DNA of 64,000 nt from Squalus acanthias. Lineage: Eukaryota. The position numbers and the translations under genes are program-made. This document shows, piece by piece, positions 61,858-64,000 of the stretch. Position 1 is the stretch's first letter. Every line of letters begins with the position of its first letter. The notes under the pieces were generated by a model that was given only the letters and a program-made list of their open reading frames with translations, was not told the origin of the DNA and did not search any database. The DNA is taken from positions 81,470,001 to 81,534,000 of the forward strand of contig CM059432.1 of the NCBI GenBank assembly GCA_030390025.1. The letters are read 5' to 3'.

Positions 61858-62907
61858 TGAACCAGCTTTTCCTATCCTCATTTAGCATTGAGTGCTCAAT
61901 CCATGATGAATTCAGATACTGAGGAGCACTAGAAATAAGAGTCTACAGTCAGGTAAGTGACACAGATACAAGTTCTTTTGAAATCCACAAATTCTATAGG
62001 AACTGACAATTCAGATTGAGTGTCTAGAAACCATGCACCATTGGTTTTCTGAGTTTGCTCATGCAGTAATATTGAGTCACAGACTTCATACTGAATCCAC
62101 ACATTTTGATGCACCTTTTTGCTGATTTTTTTCCGTGATCTGCACATGATGCAATGGGTAAGGGAACCTCACAACCTAGTTAAGATCTATTTATTCTCTG
62201 GTAGAAACCGCTGTTCCACTGGGGGAATCTGGGAGGCTTGGTAAATATTCTCAGTTCACATCAAAATGCAAGATAAACATTCATTGAATTATTTCCAAAT
62301 ATAAGTTGGTTTCATTGATGTGGCCAGCATTAGCAGTGAGCAATGGAGCCAACCATGGGACAGAGTTAACCCTTTGAGTACCGAAAGATCTTTAAAAGAT
62401 TTCTCACAGGTTCTTATTCCTACCTGAGAGGTACAGAATTTGGTTTGAATGACGAGAGTTTTCATATCTTTTCATTTATGTTTGCGCATGGAGCACTATT
62501 TTATGCAACTTGTTTGTTAAATGAGAAAATTGGGGAAAAGAATAAAGGTCAACGTTCCAAAGAAATTGGAGTCAGGATTGAGTGGTATGCACGGAATTAG
62601 AAGCAGTAACAACCAAAGAGGAATATCATCTAGTGGCTCTGAGAGAGGCAATGCTTAAGTATGGACAGGATTTGCAACTTAATGTGTATTACCAAACAGT
62701 AAAGATCAGATAGAGATGGAGATCTGCAAACATTTGAAAGAGATATTTAAGAACAACAGGACAATATCATAGGACAATATTAACCATCCCAGGATAAACT
62801 GGAATAGAGGTAGTGCATGTAGTCACATGGGGAATGCTTTTTAGAATGTACCCAGTACTGCTTCCTACATTAGTACATTTCAAGTCCAACATGGAAAGAG
62901 TCATTGT

Positions 62908-63043
62908 GAATAAAAAGCAAAGTACTGCAGATGCTGGAAATCATGAAACAAAATCAGAAAATGTGAAAAACACTCAGCAGGTCAGGCAGCACCTGTGCAG
63001 AGAACAGACAAGACTTTTGGGTATAGACCCTTCCTTAGAACTC
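62908..63043 (-). mobile_element. Degenerate Penelope pLTR solo fragment (ribozyme core decayed)
   Basis: Similar to 52513-52623 (cagaaaatg...cagcaggtcaggcagca...gacccttc..cagaact-like). Confidence 0.6.
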
Positions 63044-64000
63044 TGTAGCCATTTAAGTTTTGTTGTTAACTCACAAAATTCTTGGCATTATCTTGAAAAC
63101 TGTAAACATTATGCTTCTGCATTAGAGCAGAGGTACTACTGCAGGCCACAAAGGGTTACGTGAAGCAGTGCAATGCAGTTAATAATAACAGTTCAACATG
63201 AAAACATGCTTTGTTTTGCACACTGGAAAATAAATTATAAAAGAGATTTTTTTTTAAATCAAACTTTCTTGTATAATACCGGATATTATTATTCCTGATT
63301 TGCTTCTTTGACTCAAGCAATTATATTTCCTATAAAACTCATCTCATATGATGCTTTCCTGACCTTAAAGGTAATGGGCACTGAAGAGCTGTGATGGCAG
63401 TTACCCTTTTCTGCTGATTTTATTGTACGTTTTACTTTAAGTCTTTTACAAGGGCAGAATATATCAGCTGAAAATGAGGTTTGCTTACACTAATCTGCTG
63501 ACTTGCCATTGTGCTGCACCATTAGGTTATTCATCTGAAACACTGGCTGCATTGTGCTATAGAATACCTAACTTGCACCAGCTTAAAGTTCATAAAATGA
63601 CGCTGACCTGTTTATTATTCAACATACGCGGAGGTAACATCAAAGGGGAGAGGCAGAAGGGGCCCTCTGCCCCCATCGCAGTTGACACTTGTCTCCCTTT
63701 TAGACACCAATGTTGAGATGTGTTAGCCTAGTAGACCGCTGCAAGTACATTTAAAATAGCAAGGGCTGAGACTGTCTCCTTCAAATTTTAGCTCGAGTCC
63801 ACAATTTACACACTGAAACTTTTGGGTCAGAGGGGGTTACGATTTTGCACAGCAGTCAGGCTCTGGAGAGGACCATGGGCATGCAGATCTTGGTTAGTTC
63901 AGTTGAAGACACTCAGTATCTTTGTGTTTTGTTATAAAGCTGAATAAGAGCTGACTCAAGAGTTTAAAATGGAAGCAGCGTCTGAAAATATCCTCATTCT

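Overview
Eukaryotic, repeat-dominated intergenic or intronic DNA. The repeat repertoire (CR1, L2, Deu-domain SINEs, RTE, Penelope, PIF/Harbinger) suggests a cartilaginous fish, but this is an inference. No host protein-coding gene, rRNA, true tRNA gene or CRISPR array could be supported. Main contents: (1) a PIF/Harbinger hotspot. It includes one apparently intact two-gene element (22524-26669) with a 386-aa DDE transposase on the minus strand and a convergent 3-exon, ~459-aa Myb/SANT partner gene that the ORF track splits up. This element, a deletion derivative and a MITE all sit inside an older MITE. There is also a decayed sister element (14266-18528) and several Myb-only relics. (2) Penelope-like elements carrying minimal hammerhead-ribozyme motifs, including a 188-bp near-perfect palindrome with one ribozyme motif on each strand. 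(3) A Mag-like Gypsy LTR retrotransposon with both LTRs, a TSD and a tRNA-Ser PBS. (4) A LINE whose 5' end is a tRNA-like/SINE-like head. (5) An L2 > DeuSINE > RTE nested stack in which the RTE carries a ~1-kb 19-bp tandem array inside its target-site duplication. All coordinates and alignments were read by eye, and family names come from motif recognition rather than database searches.
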